From: Octopus vulgaris
Taxonomy: Eukaryota
Direction: 5' to 3'
Assembly (NCBI GenBank): GCA_951406725.2
Contig: OX597814.1
Coordinates: 8,494,001-8,558,000 of the forward strand
Length of the DNA: 64,000 nucleotides
Shown here: positions 36,580 through 50,581 of the stretch, piece after piece
How the letters are laid out: each line of letters opens with the position of its first letter
How positions within the stretch are numbered: position 1 is the stretch's first letter
The notes under the pieces: generated by a model
Databases searched by the model: none
Told to the model about the DNA's origin: nothing
What the model saw: only the letters and a program-made list of their open reading frames with translations
Position numbers and translations under genes: made by a program

Positions 36580-39500
36580 TATTTTACCTTCATAACACAG
36601 TGTAGGTAAACTACACTGGAATATTTACTCATCTGTCAAGTCACAACAAGGACCTCAGACAGATAATACTTTCCTTAAGATGTGCGCTGTGCCCATTAAG
36701 GCTGCTTTTTTGCAAGACATCAATCTTGCATGGGATTTCCTGTTGCCTAAAGAAGTCTTGAAGTTTCAATGGGATTGAGCCCAACGCTCCGATCACCACT
36801 GGTATCGCTTTTACATTACCCTCTCGCATTCCATACAGTCTTACCATTTCCCCTTTCAATTTGGAGTACTTGGTAATTTTTTCAACCTCTTCTCTCACAA
36901 CATCCATGTCATTTGGTATGGCTACATCAATGATCTGACAGTATTTCTCTCTTTTATTCAATATGACAATATCCGGCCGACGGTGTTCAATTACACGATC
37001 CGTCTGAAAATCATAGTCCCAGAGAATCGTTACTTTTCCATCCTCCTGCATAACTTTTTTTGGTACAACTCATACCAGTTCTTTGTTACTTCATATTGGT
37101 ATTTATGGCATAAGGGCCAATGAAGATACTCACTCACTTTATCGTAACGGTGCTTGTATTCTTTTTGTGCAAGGCTCTCTCAGCCACTTCACCAAGTCAG
37201 TCACATTTTCCATACTCTTTCCATAGAGTCTGCATTTCTGAGTGTCAGAAGTTTTATAGATGTTATACTTAACTAAATTGGTAACAAGGCCTGGTCTTGT
37301 GCAGCAAGATCAGGTTTTCATTGGTATACTTCAAATCACCTCGCTCAAGCCATACTTACGATGCTGTATAATCCTTAAAGTCTTGTGTATTCCTTTCAAA
37401 CTGTCCATGCATTCTCATTTCAAGAAGGTCTTCTTTTCTATTCTCCTCGGCTCTTTGGTTAAACTCTTCCTTGCCCATCATTTCATCTGCATTTACCTCC
37501 ATATCTTTTGCAGCATATTGCAGCAGGTCTTCATTACAATTCATCAAATACTCAGCAATCGTTCTCCTTTCACTCCTTATACAATAGTCTATACTAATTA
37601 GTCCTCTGCCACCATTCTTCGTTTTCATGTACAGTCTGTTTACATTTGCTTTAGGTTGTAGCGCCCCATGCAGCGTCCTCAGCTTTCTCGCCCTTCTATC
37701 CAGTGTTGATATTTCCTCCTTAGTCCATTTGAGGATGGACACACTATATCTGACCACCACAACTGCTCAGATATTCATTGTAGTAATCAAAATTTTGGCA
37801 TTCAGATTGGATTTCAACACCATCTTCACCCTTTTTTGATACGCCTCACTGACCTTGACTTTCATTTCTCTGTGTAGAATGTCATCCAGCTCCAAAGTCC
37901 CTAAATATCTATACCCATTACCACCATCGGGTTCACCCATGGTCTCTCCTAATGGTAACTGCAATCCTCTGCCGGCTGCTTTCTTCCCACTTTTCATATT
38001 AAGTACTGAGCATTTGGTAATCTCAAATACCATACCGATGTTTCTACCACACTTCTGGACTGTTTTGGTTAAGAAATCTATCTGTTTTTCAGATTTCCCA
38101 AACAATTTCAGGTCATCCATAAACAGAAGATGGTTCAATGATGGGCCTTTCTTCCCACATTGGTAACCCCTCTTAACATTCCTAAGTGTCATTGTTATGG
38201 GAATGAGTGCAATTACAGAAAGTAACGCCTTGGAAGTTTCCCCTTTTGATATTAACTTCTCCAAGGAATACATTACTTGACTACAATTTGGTTTCCCACT
38301 CTTTCATGCTATGCATCAGAAAATTTGTGATGTTGTCAGCAACGCCAAACATCTGCAGGCATTCAACGATCCAAGAACGAGGCATCATATCATATGCCTT
38401 CTTAAAGTCAATCCAAGCCACAGACATGTTTGTATGCTGTTTTTTACAATGCCTCAGAACTGTTTTATCGATGACCAGGTGATCCTTGGTACCCTGAGAA
38501 CTCTTCTTACATCCTTTTTGTTCCCTTGGTAGTATTTCTTCCTGTGCTAGGAAGTGTATGTCTTTGCCACACACATTCCAGTGAGTATCTTCCAGATTAT
38601 GTTTAGGCATGCTAAGGGATGGTACTTTCCCTACAATATTCCCCTTTCTTCTCTCTTTTGTTACAAGTGTTCTCCTCCCAGTCACCATCTCCATGGGAAC
38701 TATACCTTTCTGGACACACTCATTCAATTTGGCTATTAGTCTTTCATGCACCACGTGGCATCTTTTCAGCCAGAAGCCATGAATCCCATCTAGTCTGGGG
38801 GCTTTCCAGTTAGGCACTTTACCCACTTGTTCTTCCACACCACCCATGCTTATGACAATATTCCTTTGTTTCTTTCTTCCTTGTAATTCTTTCTTGATAG
38901 TTCCTATCCTCATTTCATCCCTTTTATGCATCACATTGTTCCCCCATAATCTGCTCCAGAACTCCTTGGTTTGGTTTGCATCAGGAGCCACATTTTCTCC
39001 ATTGCCTCTTTCTGATGTTTGGAAGAATTGCTTCAGATTATTTTTGAACAATCTGTTCTCCTCAAACTGCTTATTTCTGTTCACAAATCTGTTGATCTTC
39101 TGGCTTTTTGCCATGATCCTCTGTTTTAATTATTCTATTATCAAACCCATTCTTCCGTATTTCATATTTCTTCTCTAATTTTTCTCAGTCGGTTTTATTC
39201 TCATTTTTCCAGTTTCCTCTTAACCATTGCTTAATTTTTCCTAGATCTTGCCTTGTCAGCATTATGTTCCTTTCAATGTGTTGTTTCTACCATTGTTCTT
39301 TTGCTCCACCACTTTTTGTTCTCTTAAGTTGTAATTTCTCCTCAACAAGTAGTGCAATAGCTCAGAGAAGATTCCTAGTTTGCGTCATGTCCTCCGTCTT
39401 GATGTACAGTATGACAGTATTTACCTTTTGTGTTACTTTATTTATCATTCTTCCATCTACCTTTCTCATGTTCATGGGAATGTTTTCTTCTGGAGCATTG

Positions 39501-40070
39501 ATCAGGTTGGTGAGTCGTCTTTGAATTTCAAGCAATTCATTATCTAGTTGGTTCATTTCCCCTGCGTGTGCACCCACCACAGCGTCAGGGTTTACTCTAC
39601 AACATTCCCATTCCTCATCCTTAACAGCTCCATCACCATTCTCCTGTTCCTCCTGTCTACTCTTCTCTCTGATTTCAATTCCTACATCTTTCAACTCTGA
39701 CCATCCTTTGAAGCCTATCTGCTGGGTCTCTCAAACTCTCACTTATCTGAGATATTTTTACTCCAGTTAAGTAACTCTTCCTCCTAATTACTCTCACGGG
39801 TTTCATTAGTTTATTTTCTGACTTTGGACGCATGTCCTTTTCCATCCAAAATTTCAAGGTCCATCACCCTACTCTGTGTCTTCTTTGCAGCTTTGCTCTT
39901 TCATGACATTCAATAAGTGTAAAATATTCTTCCTTCGTCCACTTATGTCTGTTTTCATGCACACCGTGTATATGATCTGTTGTGATCATCCGAGGCCAGA
40001 TCACTGCCCTTGATGCTAGTGGTTTCACACATGCCGGGCGGGAAACCTTCACCATAATTGGCTATAGCTT
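36580..40070 (-). mobile_element. Near full-length degenerate R4/Dong-like RLE non-LTR retrotransposon
   Basis: Frameshifted ORF pieces: RHKWTKEEY (N-terminus), AWIDFKKAYD and HLLFMDDLKL (RT), ILWDYDFQTD..RRPDIV..IIDVAIP..PVVIGALG (RLE). Confidence 0.9.
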
Positions 40071-40513
40071 CATTCTCACTTTTAATTCTTTCTTTGATGT
40101 GTTGCATCATGATTTCATGAGTCATTCATGGGTTACCTATGTGAGTTGTTATTGGGATCCCATCTCTCTCTTCCTCTATTTGTATATACACATACACATG
40201 TATGTATATACACATATATATATAAATAATGTGCTTGCATTGTATTGCCTCCATAATCACTGTGATTATCAGTACCCTCCCATCGTTCTACCCATAGCAT
40301 TTAAAATTATCAATTGTCCCAGTATATTGCAGAAGATCTTCATCACTATTTATCGAATATTCAGCAAGCGTTCTCCTTTCACTCCTTATACAATAGTCTA
40401 TACTAATTAGACCTCTGCCACCATTCTTTCTTTCCATATACAGTTTATTTATGCTTGCAGTTAACACTTATTAATATTATTGTTGTTGTTGTTGTTGTTA
40501 TTATTATTATTAA

Positions 40514-40561
<48 letters not shown>

Positions 40562-40562
<1 letters not shown>

Positions 40563-41905
40563 GGCTTTGCACAGCTTCAAACGCTGGAGACATACTACAA
40601 TATCAACTGTTCACTACCAGTGAACTAAGGTAACACCCCTTGTCTTTTGAGTACCATCAGGAGTATTCAAGGGGTTCCAAGCAGTGCTATTTTCTGCAAG
40701 TGTTCCACCCTTATTGCAGCTCCTATTTGTTCCATGTACTTCTCAAGATTTTTACTTACTCTTCCCAGGGCTCCATCAATTATTGGTATTACTGCTACCT
40801 TTTTCATCAAGCACAACTGCTTAACTTCCCAAGCTAACCTGTCATACCTCTCGACTTTTCTTTCTTCCTTATCACATACCTTGTCAGCTGGGCATGCTAT
40901 ATCTATGATCCAGCATAGTTTGCTTTCTTTCTCAATTAAGACTATGTCTGGCTTCCTATTCTCTGTCTCATGGTTGCACTGAATCATAAAATCCCACAGG
41001 ATCTTTGCATTATCATTTTTGATGATGCTTTCAGGTTTGTGATCATACAAATTTTTTGCTCTGGTCAAGTCCATACTTGTTGCAAAGTGTCCAATGGACA
41101 AGCCTGGCTATATTGTCATGGTGTCTCATATATTTCTTCTGGGCTGGTGGTGTACATTTGCTGGTAATATGTCATATGGCTTCACCATTTTGTCCACTAA
41201 TTTTGCACTTATCACTTTCTGATGTGTTGTCTATTCTGTATTTTATGTAGTTTGTCCTTAGTGCTTGCTCTTGAGCAGCACAGATTAGAGCCTCCGTTTC
41301 CGGTTTTAAATTACTTGTAATCATCCACGACCATCTTTTTTCTCTGTCTGTCTTATCTTCAGCATCCCTATGAAATTGACCATGCATTCTTTTCTTTACC
41401 TATTTTCAGTTTCATTCGTTTTCAATTTCTTGTATATGGTTTATCTTTGCAGTCTTTCATCCTACACAAGCCTGACCTTCTTACTTCTAATAATAGTGAT
41501 TCTGTTGCATTTTTCACATACCATGCTATGTTGTTTTCTTCTGCTCTAATGCTGTGCTCGCATCCAATAAGTCCTCTTCCCCCTCTTTTTCTTGCTACAT
41601 ACAGTCTATCTGTGTCACTTTTCAGGTTGAATATCCCATATCTAGTTAGCAACTTCCTTGTCTTTCTGCCTAAGCTGTTTAGTTCATCTACTGCCCAAAT
41701 TACTCCTGCTCTATATCTAAGGAGTGAAACTTCCCAGATATTGATAGCTTCAATCTTATTCCATTCGATTAATTTCGACTTAAGGATCAGACTCAGTCTG
41801 TGCAAGTACTCCTCCTTAAATGTTTCTGTCATTTCTTTCTCCATCAATTTATCCATTTCCAAAATCCCCAAGTACTTATAGCCCGTCTCTTCTATCTACT
41901 TCATA
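40562..41905 (-). mobile_element. R4-like 3' fragment between (TTA)n tracts
   Basis: ORFs 41422-41871, 41172-41387 and 40667-41101 (ILWDFMIQ..KPDIV..IIDIACP). Confidence 0.85.
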
Positions 41906-41909
41906 ACTA

Positions 41910-41959
<50 letters not shown>

Positions 41960-42312
41960 GCCTTTGCACAGCTTCTAACGCTAGAGATGTATTACAGTGT
42001 CAGCTGTTCACTACCAGTGAACTAAGGTAACACATCTTGTTTTTTGAGCACCTTCCAGAGTATTAAGGTGTCTCCAAGCACTGCTACTTTCTGCAAGTGC
42101 TCCACTCTTATTGCAGCCCCTATTTGTTCTACATACCTCACAAGATTTTTGCTCACTGTTCCCTGGGCTCTGACAATTATTGGTACTACTGCTACCTTTT
42201 TCATCAACCACAACTGCTTAACTTCCCAAGCTAACCTGTCATATCTCTCGACTTTTCTTTCTTCCTTATCGCATACCTTGTTGTCAGGTGGGCATGCTAT
42301 ATTTATGATCCA
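41960..42312 (-). mobile_element. R4-like 3' end, same family as 40562-41905
   Basis: Near-identical 3' end ctttgcacagcttctaacgct..ctaccagtgaactaaggtaacac after (TTA)n. Confidence 0.8.
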
Positions 42313-42349
42313 CCTTTTGTTGTTGTTGCTTCATGATAACTTTATTTCA

Positions 42350-43270
42350 GCTGCCTTAGTGGCGGGCATCCTTTAGAGACCAAGGGCAGCAAGGCCAATT
42401 TTGTTTTTCTGTGCATGCAAAACTTATCCTCACATTTATTCCATTTTAGATGGAGAGTGCTTTCTGTAGTGTATGGGCTGTACCCATCATGGTTATCTTT
42501 TATAGTTCACAGAGATTGGAGTTAGAAAGGAGTTGCTTTATATAATTCTCAGCTCCCTTCTTTATCATTCCCAAGGCACCAAATACTACTGGTATTATCG
42601 TAGAGCTAAGCTTTCACATTTTTGTGATTTCAATTTGCAGATCTTTACAGTGAGAAAGCTTTCCGTATTCCTTTCTTGAGACATTTTGATCTTGTGAGAC
42701 AGACATATCTATTAACAGACAAGTTCCCCTGTTGTTGTCCTTGATCACAGTGTCTGGTTGATTGGAGTCAATTTTTCTGTCTGTTTGTATAGGGAAGTTC
42801 CAGAGAATGGTGATGCCTTTGCCATTTACTACATCCTCTGGATGGTGCTTGTACAAATTATCATGGGATTTAATTTTGTAGGTATTTTAGAAGCATTCCG
42901 GTGCATGTACTGACCTAGTTTGTCATGTCTTATTGGGTTCTCCTTTTCACCGAGGACTGAGCAGCCAGAAACAGCATGATCAATTGTCTCTGTGAATTTT
43001 CCTCCAAATTCTGCACAAGGGGTCAGATCCATCTTTAAGGACATTTGCTTGGTAGGTAAGCTCTGATCTTGCTCTGCAATAGCAAAACCTTCTGTTTCCC
43101 CCTTTCAGACCTGTCCCTTGCAGCCATTGGCGTGTTAGATTTTGATCAATGTCTGGCTTGGACAGGTAGTTAGGGTATTTTCCATGCAGGAGTTTACCCT
43201 TCCAGTTGTCTTCCATGTTATTCATGCAAGCCTTCTTTGCTTTTTGTTTGATGTCTTTTGCATCACTGAA
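42350..43270 (-). mobile_element. R4-like 3' fragment (different subfamily)
   Basis: HGKYP..QWLQGTGLK; ILWNFPIQTD..LLIDMSV. Confidence 0.75.
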
Positions 43271-44299
43271 CCTATATCAAGATAATTAAAAGTAATAGCA
43301 ACAGAAGCAGTATTAATACCAAGAGGCAATCTTTATATCCAACTAAATGTGGATGTTGTATTAGAACATCAAATACTGCCTTTTTACCTTGAGAGGACCT
43401 CTCATATGGATGCACGGTCCATAAAAGCATGCAAATTTATATTGTTGGTAGACAACAATCATCTGCTACAGGCACCAGAACTGCCAGATCATGTATTTTC
43501 GCTCTACTCAGTTTCATCAGTGACAGACGCCCTGTAGCAGCATAACAGCCAAATCTCCCTGTCAACGATATATAGACAGTGATGTCACAAATAGCCTGAA
43601 GGCTTATTAAAGATAATTAATAGCAACAGAAGCAGTGTTAATACCAAAAGGCAGTCTTTATGTCCATATGCTGTAATGAAGAAATAGGGGAAATTCCTGT
43701 CCACTGTAGAACTGTTTGTGAAGTTCTTTCTTTTTGAATCTTTTCTCTTTTCCTTTGTCATCTCTCTTATGAATGACCATGATCCTAATTGTTGGACCTC
43801 CTCCACCTCCTCCTTCTTGCTTACAATATGAAAATAATTACCTTGTTCTCTGCTTTTGTTCCTCAAATATTCTTGGCTACACAAGATGCACCAAAGAACC
43901 TCAACTTCAACATTCTTGATAGACATTTCAACAGCAAACACAAGACTCAGCAGTTTTAATCAGAATGGTGAGTGGAGAGAAGAAACAATACAACTTCAGC
44001 TACATGAAGACACCATGGCCACATGTTTAACTTCACTAACACCACATCAGTGGTCACAGTGGAAGGTTCTTCTGCCACATCCACTATAATACCATGTCTC
44101 CCAGTAGACTGGAAGGTCGTGGATGGAATATCTTTGATCTGAGTGACAAAGTAATTTTCCTCATTTACTTATTACTGATTAGAAAGAAATCATTAAATAT
44201 TTCAAATATTTTGTTTGTCTTTTGTTAAATTAAATCTCTTCTCTTTAAAAAAAGCAAAAAATTAAACAAAAATGATTCTCATTGTTTTGATTTTTACAG

Positions 44300-44354
44300 A
44301 AATTTGATGAATATCTCCTAAATAAACCAGTAAATGAAGGAGTTCATTCAAAAG
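44300..44354 (+). CDS. Macro module copy 1, exon D (55 nt, final helix/linker)
   Basis: tttttacag|AAATTTGATGAATAT...TCAAAAG|gtaaac; KFDEYLLNKPVNEGVHSK. Its phase (0 to 1) bridges exon C (ends phase 0) and exon A copy 2 (starts phase 1). Confidence 0.75.
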
Positions 44355-44413
44355 GTAAACAATTTGCTTCTTGATATTGAATGTTATGGTGTCTTCTCTA
44401 TTAAACATCACTG

Positions 44414-44480
44414 ATTATTATTACTAATATTATTGTTATTATTATTATTATTATTATCATTATTATTATTATTATTATTA

Positions 44481-44550
<70 letters not shown>

Positions 44551-44565
44551 CATTACTATTACTAC

Positions 44566-44622
<57 letters not shown>

Positions 44623-44637
44623 CATTACTATTACTAC

Positions 44638-44668
<31 letters not shown>
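44414..44668. repeat. (TTA)n microsatellite, ~250 bp
   Basis: Seen directly; forms the 3' tail or target of the adjacent R4 element. Confidence 0.95.
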
Positions 44669-44669
<1 letters not shown>

Positions 44670-44671
<2 letters not shown>

Positions 44672-47600
44672 TAGTTTTATTTTTATAGTGTGCTTTCACT
44701 TCACTACCGAGCGCAGCTCTGTGTGCCTTGGGTATGTGCTGTGGTTTGGTTTGATGGTCTTTACGTAAGATGTATGTATGATGCGCAGTAGTGCAATTTA
44801 CTGTACGTTATATGTGTTTGCAAGTTCTGGTGTTTTTGTTGTGCATTTGTATGAATAGAATCTGATTAGAATCGAAGGGCCTTAGAGTCAACCTAGCTAA
44901 AACCAAACTCCTAATAAGTAGGAAGGCAGGCAAACTACAAATCCCTTCAAGTAGATGGCCCTGCTCGATCTATAGAACAGGCGTAGGTAGAAACTCTATA
45001 AGATGTACCTAGTGTAAGCTATGGACACAAGAGGTGCAGCAATATCGAAGGAAGGCTAACTGGGAGGATAGCTTTTGTATGTGGCAGATACTCAGGAGCT
45101 ATAAATAACATTGAAATTGTGCAGAGAACAACTTCTGCCACATTCCAGAGAGAAAAACTAGAAGTAGTTGATAGCTTCCGTTACCTAGGTGACCAAGTCA
45201 GTAGCGGAGGAGGGTGTGCTGAAAGGGTAGCTGCTAGAATAAGAATAGCCTGGCCAAAGTTCAGAGAGCTCTTACCTCTGCTGGTGACAAAGTGTCACAC
45301 CCCAGCAGTTGAGGGAACCTGTGGAAGAGGTAGACCCAGGAAGACCTGGGATGAGGTTGTGAAGCAAGACCTTCGAATATTGGGCGTAACCAAGGCAATG
45401 ACTAGTGACCGGGACCTCTGGAAATATGCTGTGCTTAAGAAGACTTGGCAAGCGCAAGTGAGACCATAACCTCGTGGCCTATGCTAGGGGTGTAACAAGT
45501 CCACTTATGCGTGCCTTTCCTTCATTGGACACTAAACTCTGCTTGCGACGACCAGTTGAGGCAAGTGAAATCGAAATCAAATTCGATGACTGGCATCCGT
45601 TGCTAGTGGAGTGCTAAGAGCACCATATGAGTGAGATTGTTGCCAGAACAACAAGCTGGCCTCCGTGCTGATTGCATGTTAAAAGCACCATTCGATTGTG
45701 ATCGTTACCTGCGTCACCTTACTAGCACTTGTGCTGGTGGTACATGAAAAAAAAAAACATTAGAGCGAGGTTGTTGCCAGTGCTGCTGGACTGGCTCCTG
45801 TGCAGGTGGCACATGAAAAGCACCATTTGAGCATGGCCATTGCCAGTACCACCAAACTGGGCCTCATGCCGGCGGCATGTAAAAGCACCCACTACACTCT
45901 TGGAGTGGTTGGTGTTAGGAAGGGCATCCAGCTGTAGAAATTCTGCCAGTTCAGATTGGAGTCTGGTTCGCCAGACCTCAGTCAAATTGTCCAACCCTTG
46001 CTTGCATGGAAAGCGGACGTTACATGATGATGATGATGGTGATTGTGTGAATATTTTTTTATCATGCCTAATGCGCCTACTATGATAGGAATTGTTACTG
46101 TTTTTAGATTCCACATTCAATTTACCTCTATTTCCAGCTTTTTATATTTTGACAGTTTCTCCATTTCTTTTAGAGACACGTTGTCATCTGCTGGTATTGA
46201 TACGTCAATTAGAAAGCATTTTTTTTCTTCATGATCTCTGACAACTATACCTCGCTTGTTAGCCTTAATTTCTCTATCTGTGTGTTTTGGCATATCCCAG
46301 AGTATAGCTGCATTCTCGTTTTCTGTGACCTTTTCTGGTGTGTGCCTATACCATCTTTTTTCTGTTGGTATTCCATAGTGTTGGCAGAGCTTCCAGTATA
46401 TGTAGGTCCCAACTCTGTCATGTCTGTGAATATATTCCTTCTCAGTCAGGACTGGGCAGCCAGAGATAATATGATTTATTGTTTCTTGTCCATCTCCACA
46501 TATTCTGCAGTTACTTGTTATATTTCTTTTCATTACATGTTTTTGGTAATTTCTGGTGGGGAGGCTTTGGTCTTGTGCTGCAATTAAAAATCCTTCAGTC
46601 TCTGCTTTCAGTCCTGAGCTTCTCAACCATTGCTGGGAATTTTCTCTGTCTATTTCTTTTGCATTTAGTTTAGTCCAGTATTTGCTATGAAGGGGTTTTT
46701 CTTGCCATCGTTTTATCATGATCCGTTGCTGTTCTATTTTTAGTTTGGATTTCATTTGTTTTATAGCTTTTGTTGTTTCTTCATCTTCTTCTTCTTCTTC
46801 ATGTTTATTAGGTGGTATGATTTCTTGTTTGTATTTGTCAGCTTCCTTAAATACTGAGAACAGTTTTTTGTTTTGCTCGTGTTTTGCCGCTATCTGGATC
46901 AGTTTTCCTTCCTTCTGAAGTAGATATTTTTGCAGTCCTATGGTGGTTATTTTATAGTAGTTTTCCAGCTGTATAAGGCCTCTACCACCTTCTATACGTT
47001 GTATATATAGCCTTTCTATGTCAGATTTAGGGTGATGCATCCTAGATCCTGTCATTATTTTTCTTGTTTTCCTATCTATTTTGTTCAGTTCATTTAGAGT
47101 CCAGTTAAGGGTATTGTAGCTGTAACTTATAACTGGGACAGCTAAAGTGTTGATACCTATTATCTTGTTTTTAGCATTGAGCTCTGTGTTTAGTATTGAT
47201 CTAACTCGTCTATAATATTCTTTTTTTATTTTCTCTTTCATTTGTGTGTGTTGTGTCTTATCTAGTTCATGGATTCCTAAATATTTGTAAGTTTGGCTTT
47301 GGTCTAATTCTCTTATTTCATTGGCTTTATCTAGTGTGATGTTGCTACTCTTAACTAGTTTTCCTCTTTTCAAGGTTACTTTGGCGCATATTTCTTATCC
47401 AAATTTCATATCTATTTCTTTGGTAAATCCATGTACTGTCTGTAGTAGTGTTTCCAGCTGTTTATCATTTGTAGCATATAATTTTAGGTCATCCACATAT
47501 AAAAGGTGGCTGATCGTTTTGCCGTAACATTTGTATCTGCATCCAGTTCTATTTAGCATATCAGATAGAGGTGTAAGTGCTAAGCAGAAAAGGAGTGGAG

Positions 47601-49700
47601 AGAGCGTGTCTCCCTGGAATATTCCTCTTCTAAAGGGGATGGCTTTGGTTTTCACGAGTCCCTCTTGTTTGTAGCTGTAGCACTGTCTGCCATTTATTCA
47701 TAGAGTGTCTTATGTATTTTATAATTATTGGTGCTACCTTGTTCATGGCTAGTGTTTCGAGGATCCACGTGCGGAGAATGCTATTAAAAGCCTTTCGGTA
47801 GTCGATCGAGGCCATACCGAGGCCTTTCTTCTTTCTGCGGCTGTCTTCAGTCATGGCTTTATTGATCATTAATTGATCTTTACAGCCATATGAGCCCTTG
47901 CAGCATCACTTCTGCTTTTCTGGAAACAGGTTGTTTTGTTCCAGATGCTTGTTCAATCTCTGCGATATTACTGCAGTAAAGGTTTTTGTACATTATAGGC
48001 AGACAGGTTATAGGTCCGTAGTCTTGTGGTTTTGCCGTGTCATCAGATTTGAGAATTAAGATAGTTTTCCCTTCCGTGAGCCATTCAGACATTGTCTGTG
48101 GCTCTGCCAGTATGTTGTTAAAGTTTTCAGCCAGCTTTCTGTGTATTCCTGTCAGATATTTTAACCAGAAGTTGGGGATCTTGTCATGCCCAGGTGCCTT
48201 CATGTTGGTTAGTCTTTGCAGTGCCTGGGTGACCTCTTCAGTTGTTATAGGGGTCCAGAGTTGCTCAGTTGTTTTAATAGTCCTTTTCTGAGGTTGTTCA
48301 TTCACCGACAATATTTCTTTCCAAAATTCTTCCACTTCTTCTTGCCAAGTTCTTGGTAGAACCTTTTGGGGTTGGAGTTGAACTGTTTGTTTTGTTCAAA
48401 GAAACATTGGCGTTTCTCATACCGGCGGATCCTTTGTGCTTTGGCAAGGATATCTTGCTTCAGCTTTTCTTTTATCTCAGGTAAATCTTTTTCTGTGATG
48501 TTATATTTGTGGAGTATTTTTGTTTTCTTTTTGTTGCTCAGTAGCGTTGATTGTTGACTGATTTCATTAAGAATCGACAGATCTTTTCTCATTTAAAAAA
48601 TTTTTTGGGATGTTATTTATCCACAGGGTGGTGGTGGTACTCCTGTTTGGATGGGTTTGAGGGAGTATCCAGCTTCTTTTGTGGCTGCAGTGGCTGCTGC
48701 GTATACTAAGTCATTTAGCTCAGTGATATAGCTTTTTGTTTCAGTGGCTATTAGTTCCGTGACGGCTAAGTTTATACTATTTATAATTGATGTTGTTTTT
48801 TTGTCTATTTTGATGTTTGGGAGGTATGACCGATGGTCCATTTTGAGATCTGTGTTTTTCAGTTCTTTGATTAGTCTACTTTTTATAGTATCATAATCAT
48901 TAGGCTCCCCTTCGTTGTTTCCAGGTTTTAGATTTGTGTCGCTTTCTTTCTCATTCATATGTTTGTCTGTCGTGTTTTGGCTCGCTGCTTGTTGTGCATT
49001 ATTATGCATCCTTACGGTCTGGGTTTGTTGTTTTTTGTTTGCATCATTTTTGTTGGGAATGTTACGTTTGTCTTCATGTTTTACTATCTCAGTGTTTATA
49101 TTATTTGGCATTGTTGTGTGGCTTCTATTTACATTTTCCTGGTGTATTTTTTCTTTTAAATGTTGTATTTCTATTTCTGATATTTTTTTTGCATTGAGAA
49201 TATATCTTCGTATGTTAGCTAGTTTATTAGGGTTCATTGCTGTATCCAAGTCTTTATTTAGGTTATTTTTCTTCCAGATTTTATATGTATATGTTGTGTT
49301 TTCATTCTTTGGGTAGAGTACTGCTGTAGGATTGAAATGTATTCCTCACATGTCCATTTATGCCTTTTTGGTTTTATTTGCGGAACATGAGGAACAACGT
49401 CTGGCCCATTATTTTGACAGTCGTCATTTTTGTAGGGTACCGGTCCGTTCATTTCTATTGTCACATTGTTTTGCCCGTGTAGTTTTACGTACTTTTTGTG
49501 TAAAAAGTTTAAAGTACACACTTTCTGATTGTTATTCCTGGGTTGAATAATACCAGTATTATTTAATTTATTTGTAATTTTTTTATACATGGTGTTTGGC
49601 GCCGGAGACGACCTGGTGTTGATAGATCGTAATGTATCAAGCATGTTTACATGTGCTGTGCAAGCAATGGAGATGATATCCTGTTAAAATACATAATTTC
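44670..49700 (-). mobile_element. Near full-length R4/Dong-like retrotransposon split by an RTE insertion
   Basis: ORFs 49258-49644 (KRHKWT), 47395-47655 (GIFQGDTLSPLLF, YVDDLK) and 46117-47373 (CRICG..ETINHIISGC, ILWD, LIDVSIP). The C-terminus resumes at 44670-44857. Confidence 0.9.
44858..46042 (+). mobile_element. 5'-truncated, internally deleted RTE LINE with target-site duplication
   Basis: ORF 45119-45469 (SFRYLGD..RGRPRKTW), (GAT)n tail, flanked by ttgtatgaata (44847-44857) and ttgtgtgaata (46043-46053). Confidence 0.85.
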
Positions 49701-49871
49701 ATTTTGAAAATAGTAATAAATTCAATGAGTATTACTTACTCGGATATAGTCCAACCCTTTGTCAGCTATTTTCTGGCTCCATGCGATGTCTTTGTTTTCG
49801 ATGTTTTTGGATAGATTTCGGAGCAGTGTTTTATCGCTCTCACATGTTAAGCATCCCCGGTGTCGTTGTCG

Positions 49872-49885
49872 TCTTCTTCTTCTTC

Positions 49886-49917
<32 letters not shown>

Positions 49918-49998
49918 CTTCTTCTTCTTCTTCTCATTATTATTATTATTATTATTAGTAGTAGTAGTAGTAGTAGTAGTAGTAGAAGTAGTAGTAGT
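49872..49998. repeat. (CTT)n(TTA)n(GTA)n compound microsatellite
   Basis: Seen directly in the sequence. Confidence 0.9.
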
Positions 49999-49999
49999 A

Positions 50000-50570
50000 T
50001 ATCATAGATGTCACACAGTATACAATGTTATGAAATTGTTGATTGAAGACATTGTATCTAATGTTTGTCAAGTCACAACAAGAACCTCACCCAGACAGTA
50101 CTTTACACAATATGCATCCAATTCAAAGTAATGCTGACTTTTGCAATATACCTATATTGTAGGGTCTCTCTAAGGTCTTCAGATGTTTTTCAGATTGGGT
50201 GGTATTGAACCCAATACTCCGATGACAATAGGGATAACCTTTATGTTCGACTCTTCTACCTGCCACATCTTAGAAATCTCAATTCTCAGGTCTCCATATT
50301 TATCAACCTTTTCTCTTTCTTCCATGATGATATGTTGATCTCCTGGCATAGCCACATCAATTATTGGGAACTCTTGTTTGTCCCTCCTAAAGGTTACTTG
50401 TATCCAGCCTTCAGTACTCTAATACTTTGACTGTCTTGAAATCAAAGTCCCAGAGGATTTTGCTTTCCCCTTTTCATCCATTACCTTTTCTGGTGTATGT
50501 TGGAACCAAGCACCCATAACCTCATATCCATACTTACAGCATAGTAGCCAATGAAGGTTTTGGGCTATAG
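50000..50570 (-). mobile_element. R4-like 3' fragment
   Basis: Minus strand has ILWDFDF..IIDVAMP..KYGDL..PIVIGVLG-like motifs. Confidence 0.65.
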
Positions 50571-50581
50571 GAAACATCAAA

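Noticed and set aside
43270-44130. Possible extra exon or retroelement with a short direct repeat (43280 and 43610)
   Set aside because: No recognisable protein motif or convincing splice pair; left unassigned.
44401-44768. Poly-Ile and poly-Leu ORFs
   Set aside because: Translations of the (TTA)n microsatellite.
46117-47373. 418-aa ORF as a domesticated gene or active retrotransposon
   Set aside because: It is part of an element broken by frameshifts, stops and a nested insertion.
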